Below, piece after piece: positions 19,614 to 29,462 of a stretch of DNA of 64,000 nucleotides. Position numbers and translations under genes: made by a program. Source of the DNA: Candidatus Heimdallarchaeum aukensis (GTDB lineage Archaea; Asgardarchaeota; Heimdallarchaeia; Heimdallarchaeales; Heimdallarchaeaceae); assembly GCA_021513695.1 (NCBI GenBank), contig CP084166.1, positions 992,001 through 1,056,000 of the forward strand, in the 5' to 3' direction. Numbering within the stretch: position 1 is the first letter of the stretch; the number at the start of each line of letters is the position of its first letter. The notes below the pieces were generated by a model, which was not told the origin of the DNA, searched no databases, and was given only the letters and a program-made list of their open reading frames with translations.

Positions 19614-20699
19614 TTATCTCCAGTCAAAATAAACTGAACTAAACTTTTCTGGAATTTCGATATTGTTAAGTAAAATAATGTCGAAACTTAATTTCTTAGG
19701 GAAAAATACAAAGTTAGCTTTTTGTAAAGGCTTAGAGTTATAATACGGAATATAAGGAGATTGTAATCCAACCCATCCTTTTGCATTACTTGTTTCTGAT
19801 AAGTACAGACTTAAATCTTTTGCTTCTTGTATAGATAGGTTTTTTATGTGGATAATGTCGATCCAACCAAAGGGAATAGAATTCCCAAAACCTGCTAATT
19901 GAAATTCCCAAGCAAGCATGAATCCTTTAACTTCTTTATTTTTTTCATAAATAACACAATTAGTAATTGGTTGTTCTAGTAACCATTTAAAATCTTCAAA
20001 GTTTGGCTCTATAGATGCGTTAAAATCTTTAGTTAGATTAGTAATCAACTCAAATAAAATAGGGATATCATCTTTTCTAAATTTCCTAAGATTTGCTCTG
20101 TTTTTTATTTTCTTATTCTTTTCTTTCAATTTGAAAAAATATTTTTCGTAAAATTTTAGTTTAACAACTTTTGAAACCTTTTCTGAATTGAAAACCCTAA
20201 TGATGAACTTGTTAGTTTCATATGGACGAAAAACTTGAAAACTTTTTTCTCTAGCAACTGACAAAGCTGTATCAATTCCATGTTGTAGGTTTTTTGGGCT
20301 TAATTCCTAGAGAATTTAGGATAAAGAAAGAAACTTACAAATTTGCTATTCCTGCTTGGTTAGCTGTACATCACCAACATAGAAGAAAAGGTTTAGCAAA
20401 AATGATGGGCAAAAAGATGCTTGAGATTGCTCAACAGGAATCATTTGATGGAGGTCTTGCTTTATTTGAACCAGAACAACATCGTTTGTTTTCTTGTAAA
20501 CAGCTCTAACAAAATAGTTTTTCTTAACTGTTGGAGAACCAAAAATTAACTTTATAGTTTTACCAGAAAAAAGAATAGAAGCTCCTTCTTCAATAGCTGC
20601 AGGGTCAGATAAGAAAGATTCAGAGAGTAGATCAGCTATTTTATTGTATTCTTTTTCTTCCAGCGTATATTGTTCTATTAGATAATCCTCATTATTCAT
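19614..20699 (-). pseudogene. Two-domain GNAT-family acyltransferase gene interrupted by an internal 203-bp inversion
   Basis: The N-terminal part reads on the minus strand (20699 down to about 20483, MNNEDYLIEQY...KKTNDV). The middle part reads on the PLUS strand (20280-20482) and contains the acetyl-CoA motif HQHRRKGLAKMMG. The C-terminal part reads on the minus strand again (20279 down to 19614). See the inversion finding. Confidence 0.7.
20280..20482. other. Inverted DNA segment bounded by the 7-bp inverted repeat atgttgt / acaacat
   Basis: atgttgt sits at 20280-20286 and acaacat at 20476-20482. Reverse-complementing 20280-20482 joins all three GNAT pieces in frame at both junctions (...KKTNDVVGFLGLIPREF... 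and ...LFEPEQHGIDTALSVAREK...). Confidence 0.75.
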
Positions 20700-20854
20700 C
20701 TGTTTCAAAAACTTGAAGTTGTTTTTATTTTTTTCTCGATTTAAGAAAAAAGAGAAGTCAAAGATTTTTACAATTGAACAGTAATAGTCTAAGTTCGACA
20801 ATAATAGTCTATATCCGATAGTAATAATAAACACTTTATTAATACAACGATAAA

Positions 20855-21361
20855 TTGAAAAGTTTTATATTTGTGTGTTATTTTATTAAAGTGGCAAAGA
20901 AAAATAAAGGAAGAAGAAAAGTGATTGAGTCAGTCTATATTATTTCCCGAACAGGATTACCTTTACTTTATGTAGATTTTGTTTCACAAGAAGATGATGT
21001 AGATGCCGTAACTTTATTTTCTGGAATAATTTCAGCGATACAAGTAGCAATGGCTGAAATTGATGTAGGTGTTCCGTCATTCTTTGATACAGAAAAAAAT
21101 GAAATCTTCATGAATGTAACAGAAAAATTTGCTATTGCTGTAGTAAAAAACCAAGAACCAATAGATAGAAATGAAATGAATAAACTAATGGATCAAATTC
21201 AAACCCTAGTATCATTTGATCAAGAAGTGGAAGATTTTAGTACCATTAGTGATGAAACAAAAAATAAAATTTCCAAAAAAATAAGGGAAATAGTTAATAA
21301 CTGGGAAGACTATATTAGCGAGAGAGAAGCAACAAAAAGAATAACGGAATCATTATGGTAA
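20855..21361 (+). CDS. Roadblock/LC7- or longin-like small protein
   Basis: VIESVYIISRTGLPLLYVDF...TLFSGIISAIQVAMAEI...EIFMNVTEKFAIAVVKNQ follows the alpha-beta-beta-alpha-beta-beta-beta pattern typical of roadblock/MglB-type domains. The probable start is GTG 20891, about 25 nt after a TATA-like ttttatattt. Confidence 0.45.
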   Translation: MKSFIFVCYFIKVAKKNKGRRKVIESVYIISRTGLPLLYVDFVSQEDDVDAVTLFSGIISAIQVAMAEIDVGVPSFFDTEKNEIFMNVTEKFAIAVVKNQEPIDRNEMNKLMDQIQTLVSFDQEVEDFSTISDETKNKISKKIREIVNNWEDYISEREATKRITESLW

Positions 21362-21378
21362 AAAGGTGAAAAATACAA

Positions 21379-22122
21379 ATGGTTGTCTGGCAAAATAAAA
21401 TTCCAATAAGTTCTATAATCTTTGAACTAGTGGTTGTTATTGCGCTAACTTTTATGGTAATAACAATTTTTGCAAGGTATTTTGCAAAAAGAAAAAAACC
21501 TGTGTTATATCTGGCTTTAGCATACCTGTTTTACGATCTTGCAACTTTAACAAGCTGTATCGGTCGGTGGTTAGGTTATTTCTCTTCAATTCCCTATACC
21601 GAGTTCTCATATACTGACTTTACAACCTTATTTGCATATGTGCTAATGGCTATAGCGAACGTATTTATTGCTGCATTTATTGACACAATATTTATTCAAA
21701 AAGGAGTAGATTTTGTCGCATTCTTTGCTATATTGAGCGGAATAATAATAGGTATGATAGTCCCTATACTGAATTTTGAATGGGGAAACATGAGATCACA
21801 TGTCTTAATAGTATCTTACCATTTAATACTTTCAATATTAATATTTCTAATACTAGCAATTGTGTCTTTAAGAGAAGCTAAAATGAATAAAAAGAAAATA
21901 GCAAAAATAGGTTTCGCTCTAATTGGAACCTATGCTATATTCATGATTCTATTATTTGTTTCATTTACATCAGATTCACTGCTTATAACTTATGTAGACG
22001 CATTTTCAAAGGGATACTCTCCTGCATATTACTTTGGATGGACACTTTTAGTTATAGGATCAATAATAGGTTATCTTGGACTAATTATGCCTAAATGGTT
22101 CGTAAAGATGCTTAAGTTATAA
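21379..22122 (+). CDS. Seven-transmembrane protein, unknown function
   Basis: Seven hydrophobic helices can be counted in 247 aa. It starts 17 nt downstream of the roadblock-like gene. Confidence 0.55.
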   Translation: MVVWQNKIPISSIIFELVVVIALTFMVITIFARYFAKRKKPVLYLALAYLFYDLATLTSCIGRWLGYFSSIPYTEFSYTDFTTLFAYVLMAIANVFIAAFIDTIFIQKGVDFVAFFAILSGIIIGMIVPILNFEWGNMRSHVLIVSYHLILSILIFLILAIVSLREAKMNKKKIAKIGFALIGTYAIFMILLFVSFTSDSLLITYVDAFSKGYSPAYYFGWTLLVIGSIIGYLGLIMPKWFVKMLKL

Positions 22123-22593
22123 TTAAATTAAATAAAATATAAAATCACTTTTTTCTTTTTTTTTAATATTACTTCATTATTCATGAGTTGAAATTTTACT
22201 TAATTTCTTCAGGACTCTACCCAACCAGTCAACAAACATATCGAAAGTTGTGAGGACTGGGTTAAGAGAACATGAAAGACACAGTCTTAATTAAGTTCTC
22301 TAGGGGGTTCATCTCCTGATTCCGGGCACTCATCACTCCCACAGGGAAGACCGGGTGTCGTAGGAATGAAACCTACGTCTTTAAGCATCTAGCTCAAGAC
22401 ACTATATAAATGATAATTGATTATATAAAGACAGCTGAAAAGTCTTGACACTCCCCCATATCGTGTAATCTTTCTAATAACTCCACAAACTAAAAATTTA
22501 GTTCTTTACGTAAAAAAGTATTTCATCTATATTTGTGTTAAGCAAAAATGGTTGATGAAACATATTCTTTATAAAAGTTAATGTGAAAGATAA

Positions 22594-23313
22594 ATGCGTA
22601 ATGTGGGTTTTATGAACAAATCATCCGTGAAAAGAAATTTAATGATTGTAAGAGAACAGGATGTTGTTGTTACTGGCGGTGTGGTTTTTATTGGAGATGG
22701 ACATACTGGCAAAACGCATACAGCTCTTAATCTTGTAAGAAATAAGGATAGATATAAGAAAACAGACTTGATCTCGAAGTCAATAAATGTAGAATTTGAC
22801 TATTTTGTTTATCAATCTAATTACCAACAGTATAAATTTACAATAAGTGCACAATTGTTTATATTTCCCGGGCAAAAAGGACGAGCGAAAAAAGGAGAAG
22901 GGTTAGCATTTGAGGATGCTCTAGACCTGTATTTTGATGTTAGAACGGTGAAAGAGGTTATTGTTCTAATACTAACTTTCAATCTTACAGATATAGCTAC
23001 ATTTCAAAACTTAGAATATTGGGTTAAAACAGCTATAGAGAATAATTTAGTCTCAGAAGCAACTAACATAATTTTGTTAGGTACTCACTACGATAAGAAA
23101 TCAAACATTGCTGTGAATGAAACAGATATTATACATGGAAAAAAATTTGTTCAAGAACAAATTGCTAATGAATTGAATATTGATTTTCCTCTGAAACAGA
23201 TCACTGAAGTGAATATATCAAATTTGACAGAAGAAGGTATCGAAAATTTAATTGGAGCGATTATAGACGCTTTTTTCAACGTTTTTAATATAGATGAGTT
23301 TAATTTAATTTAG
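22594..23313 (+). CDS. Ras-superfamily small GTPase (divergent)
   Basis: G1 GDGHTGKT, G3-like FIFPGQKG (DxxGQ variant) and G4-like LLGTHYDKK (NKxD variant). A TATA-like ctttataaaa lies about 25 nt upstream. Confidence 0.65.
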   Translation: MRNVGFMNKSSVKRNLMIVREQDVVVTGGVVFIGDGHTGKTHTALNLVRNKDRYKKTDLISKSINVEFDYFVYQSNYQQYKFTISAQLFIFPGQKGRAKKGEGLAFEDALDLYFDVRTVKEVIVLILTFNLTDIATFQNLEYWVKTAIENNLVSEATNIILLGTHYDKKSNIAVNETDIIHGKKFVQEQIANELNIDFPLKQITEVNISNLTEEGIENLIGAIIDAFFNVFNIDEFNLI

Positions 23314-23334
23314 AAATAAAAAAGGTAAAAAGAA

Positions 23335-26300
23335 ATGAAGTTTCAAAAGCATATAATAATCACAATAAATTTTTTATTAATTTTACAGTCATTGTTATAT
23401 ATTCAAAATATTAGCAATTCACAAAAAGATAGACAGAATATTACTCAGATTATCCCAGGAAACATTGAAAACAATCAACAAGAGAGTATTTATCATTCAG
23501 ATGTTTCCTCAACAAATGTACATACAACTCTTACTCAAGGAACAAACAAAACTTTTGGTTTCTTTACGCAAGATAGCTATGTAAATTTAGATTCTGATGG
23601 AAATGTGTTTCAATGGGAAAAGTATGATGTTGTAAAAGATACAGGTGATAATAGTGTTTATGCTGATTTTGCAATGGATTACTCTTATTCTTATACTTGG
23701 CCAAGTTCTCCTAATAGCTATGTTCCATTAATTGATATTGAAACAGGAACACAACTAGCTTCAACCTTTAGTCCTCCTTTTTCAGAGACTACTTATCTAT
23801 CAGGAAAAGTTTACTTCTTAACATATATTTCCACTTATGTATCAAGTTTTACCATTACTTTAACTCTCAGAATTCGATTGTGGTTATATAATCCTAATGA
23901 TGGAGGACTTACAGAAATTTTAACTATCGAATCTGTTCTTCCCGATAATTCTGATTTAACACAACGTGTTTATTCTTCAACTTTAGAAGATAAAGTTACC
24001 ATCCCCTCAGGTTATAGATTAAAAGTAACTTATGAAGCAAAAACGAGCAGAATAGATAGAGCTGCTTATGTTCATCTTGAAACTGGAGAATATTCAGATG
24101 GTGACCAAGTTAACTGGCAGATAAATGACGCAGAGTATTCTAACACTTATACTTTAAATGACGTTACTTCAGCTCTAGGTGTACAGTTGTATATGTATGA
24201 TGAAACATATCCTACTATTTCAATTTCTGGAGCAGAAAACAATACGATTTATTACGATACTAATGAAATAACAATCAGTACATCTGGAGCAGTAAGTAAT
24301 TCCTACAAATGGGACAGTAATTCATATACTGCTTTTGATCCTCCTGTGAATACAACTCTCCCTTCATCAACAGGTTGGCATTATTTGTATATTCAAGCAC
24401 TAGATGAATATGATAACAAAAATGAAGTAGTATACAAAATAGGCTATGAAAGTTCTAGCATAGTTTTACATAATGCAAACAATAATTCTTTAGTTCCAAA
24501 TAATTTTCTTCTTAACTTTAGTTTGTCTGGATACGATTCAGCGCAATATGCTTGGGATAGTGGAGGAAATTATACTTTTTCTGATCCTTATGACATTTCA
24601 GTACCAGATTTCTCAGGAGAGCACACACTCTATATTTATACAGTAAGCAGCTTTGGAGAAAATAAAACTGTTTATGTTTTTGAAGTTGATAACAGCCCGC
24701 CCTTAATCTCCTTAAGAGACTTAAGCAACGATACTACACAACCTACAAACAAGAAAATTGAACTGAATATTACAGATCAAACTTCAACTATTGAAGTTCT
24801 ATATAATTGGGATAATGTTGCTAATTCAACCTGGAGCCCATTAGAAGGAACAATCTACCAAACTTTTGCTCCAGATACTGATGGTTTTCATTGGCTCAAT
24901 GTATATGCAAACGATAGTTTTGGTCATATTATTGATGTACATTACAGATTTAATATTAGTTCAGACTATTTGCTGGTAGAATTAAGAACAATGATAAATG
25001 ACAGTTATTATTACGGAGGAAACACAGTTGAGGTTACGATTACAGGTACAAATGGGACAATAAAGTATCAGTGGGACTCAAATGGATTCAAAGATGGGGT
25101 AACAGTTGATTCAATCTTGTCTTTATCAGGTTCAGAATCATTACCGAAAGACCTTGGAGTGCATTATCTTACAATAATAGTTGGAGATGTAGATGACAAT
25201 CCCAAATCAACTTTGTTTAAATTTACAATTGACCAAGAAAATCCTGTAGTTTCTAATTTTGGAAATTACAATAATTCAAGATTACACAGTTCCACAATAA
25301 TTGATCTTGAAATAACAGATAATTTTACTTTAAGTAGTGAAATAGAAGCATGGGTATCAATAGATGGAGGAGGAAATATATCTTTTACGTATCCCTATGA
25401 TATTAAAATATCTTCTTTAGAAGATGGAGTTCATAATATTACTGTTTTTGCCTTTGATATTGCGCGAAATAATGTTTCTTGCTTAATAATTTTTGAAATT
25501 GATACGACAGCTCCAGAAATAGATATTGTTTCCATTCAAGGGTTAGAAGTTTCTTCTAGCGGTGTTTCATATATTCCCGGAAATGCAGCAATTGAATGCT
25601 CTTTTGTTGATGCAGACCCCGAAATTTATCACTTTTATTCATGGAATAACTCAGCTTTTACACTATTTGCTGGAAATACTTTTAATTTACCTGATACTGA
25701 TGGAAACGCAACCCTACGCATTTTAGCTAATGATACATTAGGAAATGAGAAAATTTTAACATTAGATCTTTTTATAGACACTACTCCTCCTCAATTGTCT
25801 ATACTGTTTCCTAATAACTACTCTAAAATCAATGAAGCGACACCTTTATTGTTTTTTGCTAATGATAGTGCAAGTGACACCATTTCTTCAATTTCTGCAA
25901 AATGGGACCAATTTCTAGAAGGAAAAATAGACCTTTCTCCACCTTATTTTACAATTTATTTATCAAGTCTTAAAAAACTCTATGAAGAGTTATCAGTTGC
26001 AGAGTTATATATTGATGCAAAAGATATTCTAGGAAATAATTTTACGTATATTTATTCATTTAATCTTGATTTTTCTCCGCCTTCCTACAATTTAGTAGGT
26101 GCCCAAAATAATACTTTTGTAAGAAGTGATACAATCCTTCAATTTGAAAATTTAAGTAATGACTTAATGAAGTTCGTTTATTATTGGGATTCTAATGATA
26201 TATCTATCTTAGATGATCCGTGGACTATATCAATACCAAATAATGATGGGGTACATAATCTTACAGTAATTCTTTACGATAACACAGGTGAGGGATATTA

Positions 26301-27942
26301 CCCAAATTGGGTTAAATCATTTTACACTTTTGTTGTTGATGATATTGGGATTGAAATTACTAGTCCGTCAAGTTTTTCCAATAATACAGAAGTTGGAATT
26401 GTATATAAACAATCATTTACCTTTTCTGTTGATGTCTACGATACAGCAGACAATCAAATTATAGATAATCTTAATTTTGTAATTTTAAACAATACACTGA
26501 ATCTAGAAATAGAGAATGAAACCTTAGATGGAAAAACATATACGATAACCATTCATGGTACAAATGTTGGATCAACAAGATTAATTTTTCAGTTTTCTAA
26601 GGGAAATTCGAATAAACATCAAATTGTTGTTCCTCTTACGATTGAAAAGAAAGAAGGAACAGTTTCATTGTTAGGGACAAGCGTCTTAAGCGTGATATAT
26701 GAAGAAAATTTCACTATAATACTGAATTTAGAGGATGAAAACTCTAATCTTTTAAATATTACCCGGGTGACTGTTAATGGTAGTTTAGTGAGCGATTTTA
26801 TCTATTTAGATGAATATCATGCTATACAATTTAATTATTCTTCAAGAGAAACAATAGGAAAAGGAGAATATAATCTGTTAGTTAATATTGAATCTAATTA
26901 TTACTATGGAGAAAAAATAATTGGCATTGAGGTTAAACCTATCCCTATTATTCTAAGTTTATCAGTCTCAAGTTATACTGTAATTGAAGGTTCTCAAGTT
27001 GCAATTACAGGAACTCTTACTTTTACAAATGGGACTCCGATACCTTCTATAACTCTATACTTTTCTATATATATAGTCTATAAGAATCAGTCCAATAATA
27101 ATGTCATGGCTCTGCCTTCAGAATACGGAAGTAAGGTTGTTTTCTCAGGATTAACTAATTCCTCTGGACAAGTAACGATTGCTTTTGAAATGACTTCAGA
27201 GATAGATTATATTTCAGTTGATTGTTCTTTTGGAGGGAGTAATATCTTTGACACAGTTTACTATGAAATGGAGGAATATATTTATTCTATACCTACTCCA
27301 AAACTTCCAACTTGGATATTATACACAATAATTGGTGGAAGTATTATATTGGCAGCAATAATCTCCTTTGTTGTTTATAAGCTTACTAGACCTAAACCAT
27401 TTGATGAGATATTAAATTCAATTTCTGATAATGATATCGTGATGAACATGACCCGTATCTGCCCTGGTGTTGTTCTATCAATCTTTGATCAACGCAAAGG
27501 TGCAATTCCATTAGTGTCTGATCATTCATTGGATTATAGTTACAGTGGAAGAATTAGGATAGGGCTTGAAAACTTTATGTTGAAAATTTCAGATCAAGCT
27601 TACTCTTCATTGGGCTTTGAAGAGCACCATTCTGGGCGTAGAACAGGAACAATTACTCTACCAAATGAAGGACTTGTAGGTTTTATTCATGGGATACAAT
27701 TGGAAAATAAAGCTGCGAGAGGAGGTTTTGAAAACCTTTCACTTATTGTGCTTGTAGAAAATGAGTACGGGACAATGTTACTTAGTTATCAAGAATACCT
27801 GTATCCCTTAATTGATGAGTTAATTTCCATGCTAAAAAATAAGAAACCGTTGGAGGATATTGAAGAACAATTATCGAATATACGTAGTCAAGCAACAAAA
27901 ACAGTTTTAGCTTCATTAGAATATGAAAATGCAATGTCTTAA
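23335..27942 (+). CDS. Giant (1535 aa) surface protein: repeat-rich ectodomain, single TM helix, cytoplasmic roadblock/longin-like tail
   Basis: N-terminal signal/anchor. At least 7 copies of an approximately 100-aa module with consensus Y-x-WD-S/N ... P-x-x-DG-x-H-x-L-x-V-x-A-x-D-x-x-GN ... F-x-I/V-D. TM helix WILYTIIGGSIILAAIISFVVYKL (about nt 27310-27385). The roughly 200-aa tail is CPGVVLSIFDQRKGAIPLVSD...LVGFIHGIQLEN...LSLIVLVENEYG. Confidence 0.7.
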   Translation: MKFQKHIIITINFLLILQSLLYIQNISNSQKDRQNITQIIPGNIENNQQESIYHSDVSSTNVHTTLTQGTNKTFGFFTQDSYVNLDSDGNVFQWEKYDVVKDTGDNSVYADFAMDYSYSYTWPSSPNSYVPLIDIETGTQLASTFSPPFSETTYLSGKVYFLTYISTYVSSFTITLTLRIRLWLYNPNDGGLTEILTIESVLPDNSDLTQRVYSSTLEDKVTIPSGYRLKVTYEAKTSRIDRAAYVHLETGEYSDGDQVNWQINDAEYSNTYTLNDVTSALGVQLYMYDETYPTISISGAENNTIYYDTNEITISTSGAVSNSYKWDSNSYTAFDPPVNTTLPSSTGWHYLYIQALDEYDNKNEVVYKIGYESSSIVLHNANNNSLVPNNFLLNFSLSGYDSAQYAWDSGGNYTFSDPYDISVPDFSGEHTLYIYTVSSFGENKTVYVFEVDNSPPLISLRDLSNDTTQPTNKKIELNITDQTSTIEVLYNWDNVANSTWSPLEGTIYQTFAPDTDGFHWLNVYANDSFGHIIDVHYRFNISSDYLLVELRTMINDSYYYGGNTVEVTITGTNGTIKYQWDSNGFKDGVTVDSILSLSGSESLPKDLGVHYLTIIVGDVDDNPKSTLFKFTIDQENPVVSNFGNYNNSRLHSSTIIDLEITDNFTLSSEIEAWVSIDGGGNISFTYPYDIKISSLEDGVHNITVFAFDIARNNVSCLIIFEIDTTAPEIDIVSIQGLEVSSSGVSYIPGNAAIECSFVDADPEIYHFYSWNNSAFTLFAGNTFNLPDTDGNATLRILANDTLGNEKILTLDLFIDTTPPQLSILFPNNYSKINEATPLLFFANDSASDTISSISAKWDQFLEGKIDLSPPYFTIYLSSLKKLYEELSVAELYIDAKDILGNNFTYIYSFNLDFSPPSYNLVGAQNNTFVRSDTILQFENLSNDLMKFVYYWDSNDISILDDPWTISIPNNDGVHNLTVILYDNTGEGYYPNWVKSFYTFVVDDIGIEITSPSSFSNNTEVGIVYKQSFTFSVDVYDTADNQIIDNLNFVILNNTLNLEIENETLDGKTYTITIHGTNVGSTRLIFQFSKGNSNKHQIVVPLTIEKKEGTVSLLGTSVLSVIYEENFTIILNLEDENSNLLNITRVTVNGSLVSDFIYLDEYHAIQFNYSSRETIGKGEYNLLVNIESNYYYGEKIIGIEVKPIPIILSLSVSSYTVIEGSQVAITGTLTFTNGTPIPSITLYFSIYIVYKNQSNNNVMALPSEYGSKVVFSGLTNSSGQVTIAFEMTSEIDYISVDCSFGGSNIFDTVYYEMEEYIYSIPTPKLPTWILYTIIGGSIILAAIISFVVYKLTRPKPFDEILNSISDNDIVMNMTRICPGVVLSIFDQRKGAIPLVSDHSLDYSYSGRIRIGLENFMLKISDQAYSSLGFEEHHSGRRTGTITLPNEGLVGFIHGIQLENKAARGGFENLSLIVLVENEYGTMLLSYQEYLYPLIDELISMLKNKKPLEDIEEQLSNIRSQATKTVLASLEYENAMS

Positions 27943-27989
27943 CAAATTTTTTATAGAAAAATAAAACTAATGCTTTTTTTATTTTTTAT

Positions 27990-29462
27990 TTGCACCTAGG
28001 AAAATGTTATTTATTGTTAACGAACTATTGGTATAATAGGAGAAGCAATATGTCTTATCTTTTAGATGAGTTAAAGAGGAAAAAACAAGCTGAAACCGAC
28101 GAAACCATTGATAAAATACTTCTAATGGGACTTCAAGAAGCTGGAAAAACAGCTATTAAAGATGTTGTTTTTTTTGATAAAGATCCTGAAGAAGTTGTAG
28201 AATATATGGCAACAACTCATTATCAAAGACAAATCATTGGAGACAAAAAAAAGAATTTACTTATCGATTCAGGAGGACAAGAAACTTACTGGAACGAAGC
28301 AGTAACATATTTTCGCTACTTGATTTTTTCTAATGCTAAAATCCTTATTTGGGTGGTAGATTTAACTCATCCTGAACTTTTTGATGAATCAGAAAGAAGA
28401 TTTAGCTTCACAATTAGACAATTTAAGAAAGAGAACAAAGATGGAAAGGTCTATGTTTTTTGTCATAAAGCTGATGTTGTTGAACCAGAAAAACTAGATG
28501 CAGTAGTTGAGCATGTAAAAGAACTGTTATCTGATCCCAAATTTGAGATTGAATTTAAAATTACATCAATATTCAAAAAAAATGAGTTAAAGCAAATAAT
28601 GAATAAAATTCTCGAAGAATCTTCAATTGATCAAGAACAAATAGAACTTGTCACTGATGTTGAAAAGAAAATTGAAGAAAGCCCTGAATTTGTTAAATTT
28701 CTAGAAGAACATAAAGCAGATCCACGAGTTAAAGAACTCATGGAATATATTAAACCTCAACCAAAACAATATTTACCTTCATTTGGGAAAGTAGAAGTAG
28801 ATGTGAACCTTGAAAATTATGGTATTATTGAAATCATTATACTTGATAAAGAAACATTGAAGCCAGCAATAGGAGCTTCATCACATATCATCTCTAATAA
28901 AAAACAATCATTTGAATATATTCTGGCTCTTAATTATTTTAAAAACTTAATAAAATCAAAAGAACAGAAAATTGAAGCTCTTGGAAGTACCTTTAGTTAT
29001 CCTGAAGGTGAAGTTCATGCATTGATTTTTAATTTGAAGAATAGTTACATTATAATTACCTCATTTAATGAAATAGATGAAAACATAAAAAAGGAATTAT
29101 ACAAATTTATTCTCAAATTTTCAGATGAAATGGTAAAAGAAAAATCACTCGTTAAAGAAGAAAGCATTTCTAAACCCCCTAGTATAGCAACTGAACAAAG
29201 CGTTGAAATAGAACAATCAATAGCCCAAGAAGTGAAAAAAGATGAAAAGAAGGTTTTTGCAGAAGAAGTTTCTTCAACGCAAAAAGAAACTTTAGTCAAA
29301 GAAGATGAAGAACAAAAACAAATGATAAAACAAGTCTCCTCTGAAAAAGCTAAATTAGAAGAAAAGAAAAATGGAGTAGGTTTAGATATTACAGAGAGAG
29401 ACATAACTAAAATAGCTAAATTTCTATATGATCAGCTGGATAAAGAAAAAAAAGAAGAGTGA
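27990..29462 (+). CDS. Rag/Gtr1-like GTPase with roadblock-like middle domain and charged tail
   Basis: The probable start is ATG 28050 (MSYLLDEL). G1 LLMGLQEAGKTAI, G3 LIDSGGQETY and G4 FCHKADV (the HKxD variant seen in Rag/Gtr1). It continues with IIEIIILDKETLKPAIGASS...GEVHALIFNLKNSYIIITSF, then a K/E-rich C-terminus. Confidence 0.7.
   Translation: MHLGKCYLLLTNYWYNRRSNMSYLLDELKRKKQAETDETIDKILLMGLQEAGKTAIKDVVFFDKDPEEVVEYMATTHYQRQIIGDKKKNLLIDSGGQETYWNEAVTYFRYLIFSNAKILIWVVDLTHPELFDESERRFSFTIRQFKKENKDGKVYVFCHKADVVEPEKLDAVVEHVKELLSDPKFEIEFKITSIFKKNELKQIMNKILEESSIDQEQIELVTDVEKKIEESPEFVKFLEEHKADPRVKELMEYIKPQPKQYLPSFGKVEVDVNLENYGIIEIIILDKETLKPAIGASSHIISNKKQSFEYILALNYFKNLIKSKEQKIEALGSTFSYPEGEVHALIFNLKNSYIIITSFNEIDENIKKELYKFILKFSDEMVKEKSLVKEESISKPPSIATEQSVEIEQSIAQEVKKDEKKVFAEEVSSTQKETLVKEDEEQKQMIKQVSSEKAKLEEKKNGVGLDITERDITKIAKFLYDQLDKEKKEE

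Noticed and set aside
20294-20834. ORFs 20294..20509 (+) and 20346..20834 (-) as two independent overlapping genes
   Set aside because: They are better explained as the inverted middle piece and the N-terminal piece of one GNAT gene. The tails of both ORFs (RLFSCKQL and VQIKQDLHQMIPVEQSQ...) are read-through into antisense sequence past the inversion junctions.
22304-22316. tRNA T-arm-like ggggttcatctcc in the GC-rich patch
   Set aside because: The bases after the putative 7-nt loop (cctga) do not pair with ggggg. No acceptor or anticodon arms could be built on either strand.
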